DNA of 64,000 bases, taken from positions 178,149 through 242,148 of the forward strand of contig PNNO01000001.1 in NCBI GenBank assembly GCA_013824265.1, in the 5' to 3' direction. The translations under genes and the position numbers were made by a program. Under the pieces are notes generated by a model. The model had not been told where the DNA came from and did not search any database. It saw only the letters and a list, made by a program, of their open reading frames with translations. Source of the DNA: a bacterium. Its GTDB lineage: Bacteria > Patescibacteriota > Gracilibacteria > UBA1369 > PNNO01. Each line of letters begins with the position of its first letter. Within the stretch, counting starts at the first letter, position 1. This document shows positions 31,617 to 41,926 of this stretch, one piece after another.

Positions 31617-32222
31617 TTGGAAAACCTTGTATTCGTAGGCGCTCACCCGGACGACGCAGAAATATGGGCTGGAGGAACTTTATTGAAACATAAAGATCGT
31701 GGGGCTAAAGTTTCTTTAGTAGTCCGCAATGCTGAGGATTTGAACAAGCAAGAAATAGCCGAACAACAAAACGTATGCGATAAGGCGGAATTTGATCTCA
31801 TTTGGTATTCAACCAGGCAAGAATTAATCGAAGCAGTTACAAAAATAGCTCCGGACATTTTCATAACTCATTGGGACGAAGATAGCCATCCAACACACAG
31901 ACTTGTTTCGCAGGATGCTATAGAAGCAATAGCAAAGTGTATGCATAAAAACGGCACACCTACAGAAATGTATTATTGTAATACATATAATGCATTAGGC
32001 CGTAATGGCCAATTTGAGCCAAATCATTATGTAGATATAACCGATTACACAGAAAAAAAGCGTGAGCTAATAAGATATTTTGAAAGCAAGAACCCGGAAA
32101 ATTGGATTCGTTATACAGAGCAGCTAACAACTCTTTACGGCATGCGTTGCTGGACAGATCACGCTGAAGGATTTCGCAGATTTACAATGCGTGGATTTTA
32201 TGGAGCCGGATCAAAATTGTAA
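31617..32222 (+). CDS. PIG-L family deacetylase (BshB/MshB/BtrD-like)
   Basis: GAHPDDAE...GG, THW..D.HP.H, YVDITD, AEGF; likely TTG start. Confidence 0.9.
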   Translation: MENLVFVGAHPDDAEIWAGGTLLKHKDRGAKVSLVVRNAEDLNKQEIAEQQNVCDKAEFDLIWYSTRQELIEAVTKIAPDIFITHWDEDSHPTHRLVSQDAIEAIAKCMHKNGTPTEMYYCNTYNALGRNGQFEPNHYVDITDYTEKKRELIRYFESKNPENWIRYTEQLTTLYGMRCWTDHAEGFRRFTMRGFYGAGSKL

Positions 32223-32226
32223 AAAT

Positions 32227-33441
32227 TTATTTTTTACAAAACATATTCCTTTCATAACTTTTGAATATATTTGACCAGTCAAATTTCTCAACTGAAATTT
32301 CTCTTCCTTTTTCGCCAATTTTCCTCCTCATCTCTTCGTTTCCCAAGAGCATAAGAATATAGTCTGCCGCAGCTTTTACATCCCCGTCATTCACAAGAAA
32401 TCCTGTTTCTTCATTCAAAACAACTTCCGGTATACCGCCAACAGCTGTCGCAACGACAGGCAATCCACAAGATTGAGCCTCCATAAAAGTTCTACCCATA
32501 TGCTCAGTTGTAACAAAGCTCCCTCCTTCTTCTTCTTGAGTTATACATGTAGACATTTGAAAATAAATATCCGAGGCGCAATAATACTTTTGGATCTCAT
32601 TAATCGGCACAAATTTTCTTCTTATAACATTCCCCTGCAGTCCGTTTTCGCAAATCATCGAATTAATATTTTTCTCCATTGGTCCACCACCTACCAACAA
32701 GAAATATACGGGACTCGATGAACTTTTTATAACATTTCTCATGGCTTCAATTGCATAATTAATACCTTTAACTGGTACGAATCTTGCAACACAAATAACA
32801 ATTTCTCCATCATTCGGCAATTCAAGTTCTTCGCGCAAATCATTTTTCCCGCTATTTAAAACCGGGGAAAACCTATTGGTATCAACTCCTCCAACAAAAG
32901 GCTCCATAATTATGGGATCTATACCAATTTCAATAAGTCTTTCTCTTACATAATTTGTCGTAATAACAAGATGATCCAGATTTTCATTTATCATTTGCTT
33001 AACAAAGGCCCTACGTTCTTCAATTGTATCACCTTTGCCAACAATCTTTGACTGCCTTATATCCGTACCTCCGGAACGCATAATTATTTTTGATGATGGA
33101 TTCTGCCCTCTTAAAACATCAAATATGCGAACCCAATACAAACTGTTAAAAAAAATTATATCAGCAGGGTTATCCGAAATCCATTCATTAAGAGCACTAG
33201 GGTCATTAATTGATTTGTAAGGAAGTATGTGTTTAACATTATTCATTAATGCAAATTTCTCGGCTTCATGCTTTGAAATACCCAAATTATCAGGAGTTTC
33301 ATCGTGACAAAACGACAAAGAATTAAGTTCATAACCAATTTGATTTCTAAAATGATTGATAAACTCATAAGCATGCGTCTCCATTCCTCCTATGTGCGGC
33401 GGAAATTTATCAGAAACAAAAAGAATTTTTTTCTTGTCCAT
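32227..33441 (-). CDS. Glycosyltransferase family 4
   Basis: FPP.IGG.E, GVDT.RF.P, VARF...KG, EAQSCGLPVVAT.VGGIPEVV. Confidence 0.93.
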   Translation of the reverse strand: MDKKKILFVSDKFPPHIGGMETHAYEFINHFRNQIGYELNSLSFCHDETPDNLGISKHEAEKFALMNNVKHILPYKSINDPSALNEWISDNPADIIFFNSLYWVRIFDVLRGQNPSSKIIMRSGGTDIRQSKIVGKGDTIEERRAFVKQMINENLDHLVITTNYVRERLIEIGIDPIIMEPFVGGVDTNRFSPVLNSGKNDLREELELPNDGEIVICVARFVPVKGINYAIEAMRNVIKSSSSPVYFLLVGGGPMEKNINSMICENGLQGNVIRRKFVPINEIQKYYCASDIYFQMSTCITQEEEGGSFVTTEHMGRTFMEAQSCGLPVVATAVGGIPEVVLNEETGFLVNDGDVKAAADYILMLLGNEEMRRKIGEKGREISVEKFDWSNIFKSYERNMFCKK

Positions 33442-34406
33442 TATTTATCCTTATATTTTTGCGAAAATGGATTCTGATAGCAACATCTGTCACATCTCTC
33501 CGTAGAAAGACCGTTGGCAGATTTCGCCTCCTTGTCGACCAAATCAAGGAATTCATTCCTCTGCCTTGATTCAATTATATTAAGTATTCCGGTTTCATTT
33601 AAATTACCCCAAACTTTACTGCGACACACACAAACGTCACCATTTGCCTTAATTTCAACCTCGTCTAGGACATGCTTGCAAGAATGTGGATTTAAAACAA
33701 AGGTATCCAATGAAAAAAATTCCAAAATTGCAGATTCATCAAGGTCTGGGCTAATTTGGAATCCGTTTTCGCGAATAAGTTTAATCATAGAAAATAGAAG
33801 TTTCATGTCTATTTTTTTATGCTTCTGAGGATTGAAATCAAAATAAAAAACAACCGGCACATTTATTTTTCTGCTTAAATCAACAATCTTAACAACAGAA
33901 TCCAGATTCTCCCCATTAATAACATATGCAATATTTATTTTTTCAAGTCGTCCGGCAGGAAGATTTTTTATTTTAAATAATCCACATAAAACTTTTTCGT
34001 ATGCTTTTCTTAAGCCAACCAAGTTGTCATGAATTGTCTCATCGCCATGTAAAGAAATAACCAGGTCATCTATATTTTCGTTTAAAAATTCAGCCAAACA
34101 ATCCAGAGTCGTCCCGTTGCTTATTAGCTTAATAAAAAGGTTTTTTCCTCTTATAAGCTCAACTATTTCTTTAAAATCGGGATGGAGAGTCGATTCTCCG
34201 GATCCAGACAACTTAACTTTTTTTAGTACACCATCTAAATCTTCAATTATTTTTTTTACTATAGCCAAATCAATTTTTTCAACAGGAACCTTCATCTTCC
34301 CCAGATCAGAAACTTCTCCTTCAACTCCATGATAAGGACAAAAATTGCAACTTTGATTGCACGAATTTGTAAGATCTAATTTTAAACTTTGCACACCTAA
34401 TTTCAT
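33441..34406 (-). CDS. Radical SAM protein with SPASM/twitch domain
   Basis: CNQSCNFC, SGSGE..LHP, SNG; C-terminal C...GDVCVC...GNL...CDRC. Confidence 0.92.
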   Translation of the reverse strand: MKLGVQSLKLDLTNSCNQSCNFCPYHGVEGEVSDLGKMKVPVEKIDLAIVKKIIEDLDGVLKKVKLSGSGESTLHPDFKEIVELIRGKNLFIKLISNGTTLDCLAEFLNENIDDLVISLHGDETIHDNLVGLRKAYEKVLCGLFKIKNLPAGRLEKINIAYVINGENLDSVVKIVDLSRKINVPVVFYFDFNPQKHKKIDMKLLFSMIKLIRENGFQISPDLDESAILEFFSLDTFVLNPHSCKHVLDEVEIKANGDVCVCRSKVWGNLNETGILNIIESRQRNEFLDLVDKEAKSANGLSTERCDRCCYQNPFSQKYKDK

Positions 34407-34414
34407 TTCTACTA

Positions 34415-34954
34415 TTAACTTGTTAATATTTCGAAAACTGGAGACTCATTCTCGTTTAAATTCCAATTCATTTTTATAATGGCCCCATTTGGTATTTTCT
34501 CAATCCCCACTCCAATCGAAGATAAAAATAATTTTAATGCATGGCCGTGAGAAATAATCAAAATTTCCTTTTCCGAATCAAGATTTTTAAAAAAATCGGC
34601 CATTCGAGATTCAACATCAAGCTCACTTTCAGCCACACAACTTTTGTTTAAAAGCCAATTCGAATCCGTATATGGCAGCCCTTCGAAACAACCCTGAAAT
34701 TGCTCTCTTAGAACAGAATCAAAAGAAACCCTTATGTAACGTATGTGTTCCTTCAAAATCTCCCAAGATTCCTTTGCTCGCAAAATATCACTACAATAAA
34801 CTTCATCAAAATATTCAACTTTTTCCGCCAGCAAACGCCCGGCATTCTCAATTTGCATCTTACCCTTATCGTTCAAAACAGATTTGTCAGAATGGCCCTG
34901 GATCAAACCTTCAGCATTAAAATTTGTTTCGCCATGTCTAAGTAGATAAAACAT
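34415..34954 (-). CDS. Histidine phosphatase family protein
   Basis: LLRHGET, SD..RA, LRE, ISHG. Confidence 0.92.
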   Translation of the reverse strand: MFYLLRHGETNFNAEGLIQGHSDKSVLNDKGKMQIENAGRLLAEKVEYFDEVYCSDILRAKESWEILKEHIRYIRVSFDSVLREQFQGCFEGLPYTDSNWLLNKSCVAESELDVESRMADFFKNLDSEKEILIISHGHALKLFLSSIGVGIEKIPNGAIIKMNWNLNENESPVFEILTS

Positions 34955-36200
34955 CCGAAATCTTGTTATTTGTATCAAGAATCATTCGTGATAATACATT
35001 TTCCCAAAAAAATTCCGCCCCCTTGGAAATTCCATTTTTGCTTATATCCGTATAAAGAGAAGGTTTATACAAAAGCCTTTTTAGAGATTCAACCATTGCT
35101 TGTGAATTACGAGACGTTAAAATCCCGGTCTCTTCGTCCTTTATAAACTCCCGAAATGCCGGCACATCATCACAAACGATTGTCGGAAGACCTGTGGCCA
35201 TTGATTCCAAAGGTGATTTACCAAAAGTTTCAAAGACAGATGGATAAAACGCAACATCAGAATTCAACATAATTTTATCAAGTTCTTGCTGTGATCTTGG
35301 CTTCAAAAAATCAAATGAATCCCATAAATTTTCCTTCTCGATTTCATCAAAAATCTCTCTTGAATATTTGTTATAAGCCGGAGAATAACTTGTACCGTTA
35401 ACTCCGACAAGACTTATCAAAACAGGTAAATTATTTTTTTTACATTCCTTTGCAAAATCAATAAAGTACTTTTGTCCTTTTTGAGGACGAACCATATTTG
35501 CGCACAATATCCTAACTTTACGATTTTGAATAGGTGGTAAAGTTCGCTGTCGTATAGTTAATGCTTCAGGGTTGAATCCACGCGGAGTTATTATTATTTT
35601 TTCAGGAGAGACACTATAGTCCGAAATTAGTGTTTCCGATTCGGCAATCGAAGGAGTTTGAACCAATATTTGTTTCCTAAAAACAGCTTTTTCAATATCT
35701 ATATAACTTTGTGAAACTTCTGAGAAATTCTTATACTCCGTTCCAAGCATCATCGGATGAACAATCGTTCTTTCAATTGGAACAATATCACCCAAAACTA
35801 ACCCGAAACTATGAGCCATATGGATTATATGAATGCGTAAATAATCAAACAACTTGCCATCCTCAAAATATACAGCTTCTCCCATTGAAATATTTACCCG
35901 ATTTAGAAGTTCAAGCCCCTGATTTTCATAGTTGGGGGTTACAACCCTCGGAACTGGGAATCTTTTAACTGTAATTCCGGGGGAAATTTCAATATTTTCT
36001 TCAGATTGAGATTGTGCCTTCAAATCAACAAACTGATGCCCCGAATAACCGCAGGGAGTATATATATCAACATCAAGACCTTCATTTTTAATTACATGTT
36101 CAGCAAAATTTTTCACCAAAACATTCGCCCCATCGGTATCATCAAGATAACAAAGATCTTTTCCCGTAACAACAGCGACTTTCTCTCTACTCATATGCAC
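34938..36200 (-). CDS. Glycosyltransferase family 4 (divergent N-terminal domain)
   Basis: RPQKG, YPS.FETFG...LESMATGLP. Confidence 0.88.
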   Translation of the reverse strand: MHMSREKVAVVTGKDLCYLDDTDGANVLVKNFAEHVIKNEGLDVDIYTPCGYSGHQFVDLKAQSQSEENIEISPGITVKRFPVPRVVTPNYENQGLELLNRVNISMGEAVYFEDGKLFDYLRIHIIHMAHSFGLVLGDIVPIERTIVHPMMLGTEYKNFSEVSQSYIDIEKAVFRKQILVQTPSIAESETLISDYSVSPEKIIITPRGFNPEALTIRQRTLPPIQNRKVRILCANMVRPQKGQKYFIDFAKECKKNNLPVLISLVGVNGTSYSPAYNKYSREIFDEIEKENLWDSFDFLKPRSQQELDKIMLNSDVAFYPSVFETFGKSPLESMATGLPTIVCDDVPAFREFIKDEETGILTSRNSQAMVESLKRLLYKPSLYTDISKNGISKGAEFFWENVLSRMILDTNNKISDVLST

Positions 36201-36352
36201 CCATTAGAATAAGATAAGGGGCGGATTCTAATACACTTTACATGAAAAGTCAACCACGGCGTTAGAAATGCCGAGACCGAGATCCGTTTGTATCCGCCAT
36301 TTAGCAAATTTCGACCAATTCCGCCCCGGGACAAGCTTGTACTTTATGAACC

Positions 36353-38323
36353 TCAAACCCCGAACTCTTCCCTTAGCATATCTATTTCGTCCCTTAGCTC
36401 TGCGGCTTTTTCGAATTCCAAATTAAGAGCCGCAAGATCCATTTGATCCTCAAGTGTCTTAATAAGGTGCTTCATTTCGTCCTTTGGAACCTTTTTCCTG
36501 TCGACTCTGGTTTCATCTTTTTTACCGTGAAGCGTTATTTCTTTAATCGCTTTTATAATTGTCTGAGGCGTAATTCCGTGTTTCTTGTTATACGCCACCT
36601 GTTTTTCTCGGCGTCTATCCGTCTCCCCAATCGCGCCCTTCATGGCATCCGTCATCACGTCTCCATACATAACAACGCAACCGTTTATATTTCTGGCGCA
36701 TCTTCCAATTGTTTGTATCAAAGCTGATGTAGACCTCAAAAATCCCTGTTTGTCGGCATCCAAAATAGCTATAAATGAAACTTCCGGAAGATCCAACCCC
36801 TCGCGAAGCAGATTAATTCCAACAAGAACATCAAACTTTCCAAGACGAAGGTCTCGCAAAATTTCTATTCTTTCAAGCGTTTCAATTTCAGAATGCAAAT
36901 ATCTAACCTTTATTCCCTGCTCTGCAAGGTACTCGGTAAGTTCCTCCGAAGATCTTTTTGTAAGAGTTGTAACAAGCACGCGCTCCTTGGCCTCAATTCT
37001 CTTTCTAATCTCCTTTAATAAATCCGGAATCTGACCTTTTGTAGGCCTAACTTCGACTTTCGGATCAATAAGCCCCGTAGGACGAATTATCTGCTCAACA
37101 AATTTTCCTTTGGTTTTTGCCAACTCATATTTACCGGGAGTCGCGGAAACATACACGGCGTTTTTTATATGTTTTTCAAATTCATCAAATTTTAAAGGCC
37201 TGTTATCGTTGGCTGAAGGAAGCCTGAATCCGTGTTCAATCAAAGTCTGTTTTCGTGATAAATTCCCGTTATGCATGGCCCCGATCTGCGGAACAGTCAT
37301 ATGTGATTCATCTATAAGGACAAGGAAATCGTCAGGAAAATAATCTATCAAAGTTGCCGGCTGTTCCCCCGGCTCACGCAAATTCAGATAACGCGTATAG
37401 TTCTCTATTCCGCTGCAATATCCGGTTTCCATAAGCATCTCTATATCATATTCCGTTCTTGTTTTTAACCTTTCCGCCTCTATATTTTTCCCGATTTTTT
37501 TAAGTTGATCATATCTTTCTTTAAGGTCGATTTGTATCAACCCGATAGCTTTTTCTATTCTCTCGGTAGTAGTTACATCATGTTTTGCGGGGAATATTTT
37601 TACGGATTCAAGATTATGAAGTTCTTCACCCGTAAAAGCATCAGCCTCACTAATTCTTTCAAGATTATCTCCGAAAAATTCAAAGCGGAAAATGGTATCG
37701 CCCGAAGGAGGATAAACCTCTATTGTATCGCCTAAAACATGGAACATTCCGCGCCTGAATTCAAGTTGGCTGCGGCTATACTGAATGTCGGTTAAATGCC
37801 TAAGTACTTTGTCCCTCTTATAGTCTTCACCTGTTTTCATTTCAATCGCAATATTTCCATATTCCTCAACGCTTCCAAGTCCGTAAATACACGATACCGA
37901 AGCCACAACAAGCACATCTTTTCTGGTAAGAAGATTCTGCGTCGCGGCATGCCTGTACTTGTTAATCTCCTCGTTTATGGACGAATCTTTTTCGATGTAA
38001 GTGTCCGTATGCGGAAGATACGCTTCAGGCTGATAATAATCGTAATAAGACACAAAGTAGTTTATTGCGTTTTCCGGAAAAAACTCCTGGAACTCCGCGC
38101 AAAGCTGAGCGGTAAGGGTTTTATTGTGAGCTATAACAAGCGTCGGTTTTTGAATCTGCTGCACAAGGTTAGCCATTACAAAGGTTTTTCCCGTACCCGT
38201 AGCCCCAAGTAAAACCTGATGTTTCTTGCCGTTATTAATTCCATACACAAGTTTTTCAATAGCCTCCGGCTGATCACCGGTCGGTTTAAAATCCGAAACC
38301 AATTTGAATTTTTTGTCCTCCAT
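36353..38323 (-). CDS. uvrB: Excinuclease ABC subunit B
   Basis: [37 protein letters not shown]-terminal UVR domain. Confidence 0.99.
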   Translation of the reverse strand: MEDKKFKLVSDFKPTGDQPEAIEKLVYGINNGKKHQVLLGATGTGKTFVMANLVQQIQKPTLVIAHNKTLTAQLCAEFQEFFPENAINYFVSYYDYYQPEAYLPHTDTYIEKDSSINEEINKYRHAATQNLLTRKDVLVVASVSCIYGLGSVEEYGNIAIEMKTGEDYKRDKVLRHLTDIQYSRSQLEFRRGMFHVLGDTIEVYPPSGDTIFRFEFFGDNLERISEADAFTGEELHNLESVKIFPAKHDVTTTERIEKAIGLIQIDLKERYDQLKKIGKNIEAERLKTRTEYDIEMLMETGYCSGIENYTRYLNLREPGEQPATLIDYFPDDFLVLIDESHMTVPQIGAMHNGNLSRKQTLIEHGFRLPSANDNRPLKFDEFEKHIKNAVYVSATPGKYELAKTKGKFVEQIIRPTGLIDPKVEVRPTKGQIPDLLKEIRKRIEAKERVLVTTLTKRSSEELTEYLAEQGIKVRYLHSEIETLERIEILRDLRLGKFDVLVGINLLREGLDLPEVSFIAILDADKQGFLRSTSALIQTIGRCARNINGCVVMYGDVMTDAMKGAIGETDRRREKQVAYNKKHGITPQTIIKAIKEITLHGKKDETRVDRKKVPKDEMKHLIKTLEDQMDLAALNLEFEKAAELRDEIDMLREEFGV

Positions 38324-38472
38324 AAAACGAAATTTAACCCGAATATTGTAACAGAAATAAAAAACTTTGCAATCCACCAAAGCGAATCTATAATGCGAAT
38401 GCTAGGAGTTCGCTTTGCTCACGCTTGCTCGCCCTTAAGCTCGCTGGAGTCTCACTAACGTTCGCCTCTGTT

Positions 38473-39012
38473 ATGAAGAAATTTCTCATCTACAGTTCGG
38501 GCCTAACCGCAATAGTACTCGTTTTTGGAATCTTAACAGTGTACGGCTTTTTTGATATATCGGACGGCAAGGCGCAACTAATAGGCCCTTCCAAGGTCGA
38601 AAACACGCAGGTTGAAGCGCATAACCAAATTGTTAACGGTGTTCATTCGGTAGGAAATAACGCCCGCGACCTAAACGAAATTTTCAAAAATTTCCAAACG
38701 ACATCCGACATACAAACAATAAAAGATCAGCTTGATAAAATTTCCCAAAAGAAAAGCTCTCTGGAAGACCACATAAATAAAAGTGCTCTAAAAAACAGAC
38801 AGGCGATAGAAGATATTTTTAACGAGAAATATCTGCCGGCCGTAACCGCATACGAGAATTCATACAAAAAACTTTTCGCATACATGGAAGCCAAACCGCT
38901 TGATGAAACAAGCCTTGGCTCTTTTAAAGAAGCTTCGCAAAAAGCATTCGCCGAGTATACCGAAGCACACAACACTTTTGTAGACGAGCTAAATCGCTTT
39001 AGAAGATACTAG
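38473..39012 (+). CDS. Hypothetical exported/membrane-anchored helical protein
   Basis: MKKF plus hydrophobic N-terminus. Confidence 0.7.
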   Translation: MKKFLIYSSGLTAIVLVFGILTVYGFFDISDGKAQLIGPSKVENTQVEAHNQIVNGVHSVGNNARDLNEIFKNFQTTSDIQTIKDQLDKISQKKSSLEDHINKSALKNRQAIEDIFNEKYLPAVTAYENSYKKLFAYMEAKPLDETSLGSFKEASQKAFAEYTEAHNTFVDELNRFRRY

Positions 39013-41252
39013 AAATAATTATTGGAAGCGTTCCAAAGAGCGTATCCGTTTATTCCGTTATCGTTTGTTGCTTTGATCTGCTCCTCAACATACCCCCATC
39101 CGTAATTTGATACTCCCCAGGAAAAAGCCTGAAGCCACGGACGTATTTCCGTATTTGTCCCCTCCAAAGCCTCTTGGAAAAGTTTTATACTTACGTCAAC
39201 AAAGTAATAAGGATTATCTCCCGGCTTATCGAATCCGGCGAATCCGGGACCAAAATGGGACGGATATACCATTGGATACACAACGTCGATGTAAGGTCCA
39301 AGGCACTCCATTTTTTGCCCCGTGGAGATTGAATCGTAACCACCATTCCACGCGATAACTCCGTAAACATCCAAAGAAAGTTTTGTTTCGTAAGGAAGAA
39401 GTCTGTCGTTAACTTTCACAATAAAATCACGGATAACTTCCCACTTTTCAATACTTGCTTCATCAAAATTGTACTTTGTGGCATTAACGTCTCCTTGCGT
39501 AGGGAATCTAATGTAGTCAAATTGGATTTCATCTATACCGGCTTCCGCAAGCTCTTCGGCAAGAGCCAAAATATATCCTTGAGTTTCTTCGTTTGAAGAA
39601 TCAAGCCAAGCTCCACCTTCCGTACCCTGCCAAACGCCTCCATTAACACTTTGAATCGCTAGATCGGGCCTGCTTGATGAAAGATTTATATCCTTAAAAA
39701 TAACCATTCTGGCAGCAAGATAAACACCCTGATCGTGCCAATATTTAACATAATTATCCAAATCCGGAATTACTATGTGCTGGTCCGCACCTGTCTGGGC
39801 AACCATTGGAACTTCGGACGGGTAAAAAACGTATCCGTCTATTTCTTTAACGTCAAAAACAAGCATTTTGCCTCCACGCGCCTTCATCTGAGCTGCAAGG
39901 TTTTTCCCTTCATCCGACACCGAATAGTAGCCTGTGAGATAAATTCCCCAGGGCTGATCGGCATTAATAGAGTGCTTTACAAGTAAAAATGGAATGTCCG
40001 GAATTACAATTTCGTCTCCGGACTTGAAATCACTGTCGGGATTTGCAGCCAAAATGGCATTTTTAAACTCCGACATTCGATAGTGTCTTGAATAAGAAAA
40101 AAACAATTCGGAAGGAGATCCGCCATCTTCGGGAACTGTGTAATAATATTTCCCGTCTCTAAATTTTAGTTCAGCCGGAACTTTATTTATTTGAATTTTC
40201 GAAAGTTTATATTTAATGGCCTTCCACCCGATACTTCCAAAAGAAGGTCTTTCAACCGTTGTTGGTTTGCAAAGCTCATAAGGGAGTTTTGGCTCAACAA
40301 CAGCCACTTTTTCGCCAACTATGTAAGGTTTAAAATTTGGCTCCTCATTGGCTTTTTCCGTTTCTCCGGGAGCACGATTAAACCAACGCTCCCACTCTTC
40401 ATCAATCGCCTGAATTCTTGGAATCATGTAAGGATCAAAATCTGGATTATCCGGCATTAAAGCAGGATTCGCTCCAACAAGAAACGCGGCATTTATATTA
40501 TAAGTATGCCCTTCATATTCTCCGGTTTTTACAAGCTCAAAAAGCTCTCCATCAGGATAGTGTCCAAGCGGATAAGCAAGCGCCTTTAAAGGATATTCGT
40601 ATCCAAGCTGTTCTTCGACGTATTTATCAACTTCAGCCAAAGTACTTTCCGTAACTTGAGCATCCGTTTTATCAAGATCTTCGTGTCCAAAAGTATGGCT
40701 TCCGATTTCACGTCCCGAATCAACAAGATATTTTAATTTTTCAGAAGTATATTCAGATTGCCCAAAACTGTATGGCAATACAAAAAATGTTGATGCGCTA
40801 CCAAAGTCAGGATGCTCCTCTATAAACTTATTCATAATACCTATGGCAGAGTTAGGATCTATTGATCCATCTTCCAGCATTCTAAATTGCCCTTCACTTG
40901 CATCATCAAAAGTTATCAAAACAGGTTTTTTCCCTTCACCTATTGGAAATTCCATCTTCAAAAACTGCTCGACTGTAACCGGACGATAATCGTTATTGTA
41001 AAGCCACAAAAGATCGTTATAAAAATTCTCATAAGTCCTGGTCCATCTTGCCTCTTCGGTATCAAAATTATGATATTCCAAAACTGCAACTTTTGCAGGG
41101 ACAGAAACATCCTCCTCTGCTTCCCCAACCACAACTTCAATCAATTCCGGCGCTTCTTCAATCGGAACCGTAATTTTCGGCTCAATTATAAAAAACGAAT
41201 TTGCCACTACTGAAAAGGCAAAAACACATAAAATGAAGAGAGGCTGTTTCAT
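39009..41252 (-). CDS. Exported CE4 polysaccharide deacetylase + LysM-like + putative glycoside hydrolase (DUF4015-like) fusion
   Basis: ITFDD, EIGSHT.GH, AYP.G; YTV...I..ANP...G..I.IP; DEIQFDYIRFP, PMVYPSHF, RPWLQAF, LWNA.N.Y. Confidence 0.85.
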   Translation of the reverse strand: MKQPLFILCVFAFSVVANSFFIIEPKITVPIEEAPELIEVVVGEAEEDVSVPAKVAVLEYHNFDTEEARWTRTYENFYNDLLWLYNNDYRPVTVEQFLKMEFPIGEGKKPVLITFDDASEGQFRMLEDGSIDPNSAIGIMNKFIEEHPDFGSASTFFVLPYSFGQSEYTSEKLKYLVDSGREIGSHTFGHEDLDKTDAQVTESTLAEVDKYVEEQLGYEYPLKALAYPLGHYPDGELFELVKTGEYEGHTYNINAAFLVGANPALMPDNPDFDPYMIPRIQAIDEEWERWFNRAPGETEKANEEPNFKPYIVGEKVAVVEPKLPYELCKPTTVERPSFGSIGWKAIKYKLSKIQINKVPAELKFRDGKYYYTVPEDGGSPSELFFSYSRHYRMSEFKNAILAANPDSDFKSGDEIVIPDIPFLLVKHSINADQPWGIYLTGYYSVSDEGKNLAAQMKARGGKMLVFDVKEIDGYVFYPSEVPMVAQTGADQHIVIPDLDNYVKYWHDQGVYLAARMVIFKDINLSSSRPDLAIQSVNGGVWQGTEGGAWLDSSNEETQGYILALAEELAEAGIDEIQFDYIRFPTQGDVNATKYNFDEASIEKWEVIRDFIVKVNDRLLPYETKLSLDVYGVIAWNGGYDSISTGQKMECLGPYIDVVYPMVYPSHFGPGFAGFDKPGDNPYYFVDVSIKLFQEALEGTNTEIRPWLQAFSWGVSNYGWGYVEEQIKATNDNGINGYALWNASNNYF

Positions 41253-41315
41253 AATATAAATGTTGCTAAGAGGTAGAGCAGATTGTAAAAGATTATTTTG
41301 CTTTTGGCAAGTACA

Positions 41316-41351
41316 AAATAAAAAGGGCCTGTAGTATTTCTACTTAGGCCC
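41316..41351 (-). terminator. Intrinsic terminator
   Basis: GGGCCT/AGGCCC stem followed by a T-run on the minus strand. Confidence 0.6.
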
Positions 41352-41372
41352 CTCTTATAATTTTGTATTAAA

Positions 41373-41735
41373 TTACATTTCGCAAACCGGGTCTGTTGCC
41401 TCAACAACTTCAATCAATTCTGCTGCATAAAACGGTGCGTGCGGATTTGGCTCATTTTTCAAAAGTTTGCCAACCTTTAAGGTTGCCTCTCCAGAGTAAG
41501 AGCCACAATCTTTATCGTTCATTTTTAGGCCAAGCATTTGGAATGACTCTTCAACATTTGTGAATCCAATTTGAATAGATTCTGAATCATCCGTAGTAAA
41601 GATAACAATGTCTCCGGAATAAGGAGTTGTAAGGTATTTACCCTTCATCACCTTTTCCCCGTCTGCTTGTGTGCAACCGCTTAAAGCGATTACTGCAAGG
41701 ACTGAAATCAATCCTGCGAGTGCGAGTTTTTTCAT
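41373..41735 (-). CDS. Small lipoprotein
   Basis: MKKLALAGLISVLAVIALSGC lipobox. Confidence 0.8.
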   Translation of the reverse strand: MKKLALAGLISVLAVIALSGCTQADGEKVMKGKYLTTPYSGDIVIFTTDDSESIQIGFTNVEESFQMLGLKMNDKDCGSYSGEATLKVGKLLKNEPNPHAPFYAAELIEVVEATDPVCEM

Positions 41736-41926
41736 GGCTAGTTTGGTTATAAATTTGATTAACTTGCACCAACAATAACACGAGTGCAAAAAAAAGTTGC
41801 GGTTTTATAAAAAAATCCTACAACATAAGTAATAAATAAGCCGCACAGGCCGTTGACTCGACTCACAGATTATGTTAGAATATAACTGTGGGCCAATTTA
41901 AAAACAAAAATTTAACCAAAACAAAA

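Noticed and set aside
36260-36352. GC-richer spacer after uvrB as a possible tRNA/ncRNA
   Set aside because: No cloverleaf, T-loop or convincing stem; may be a gene remnant
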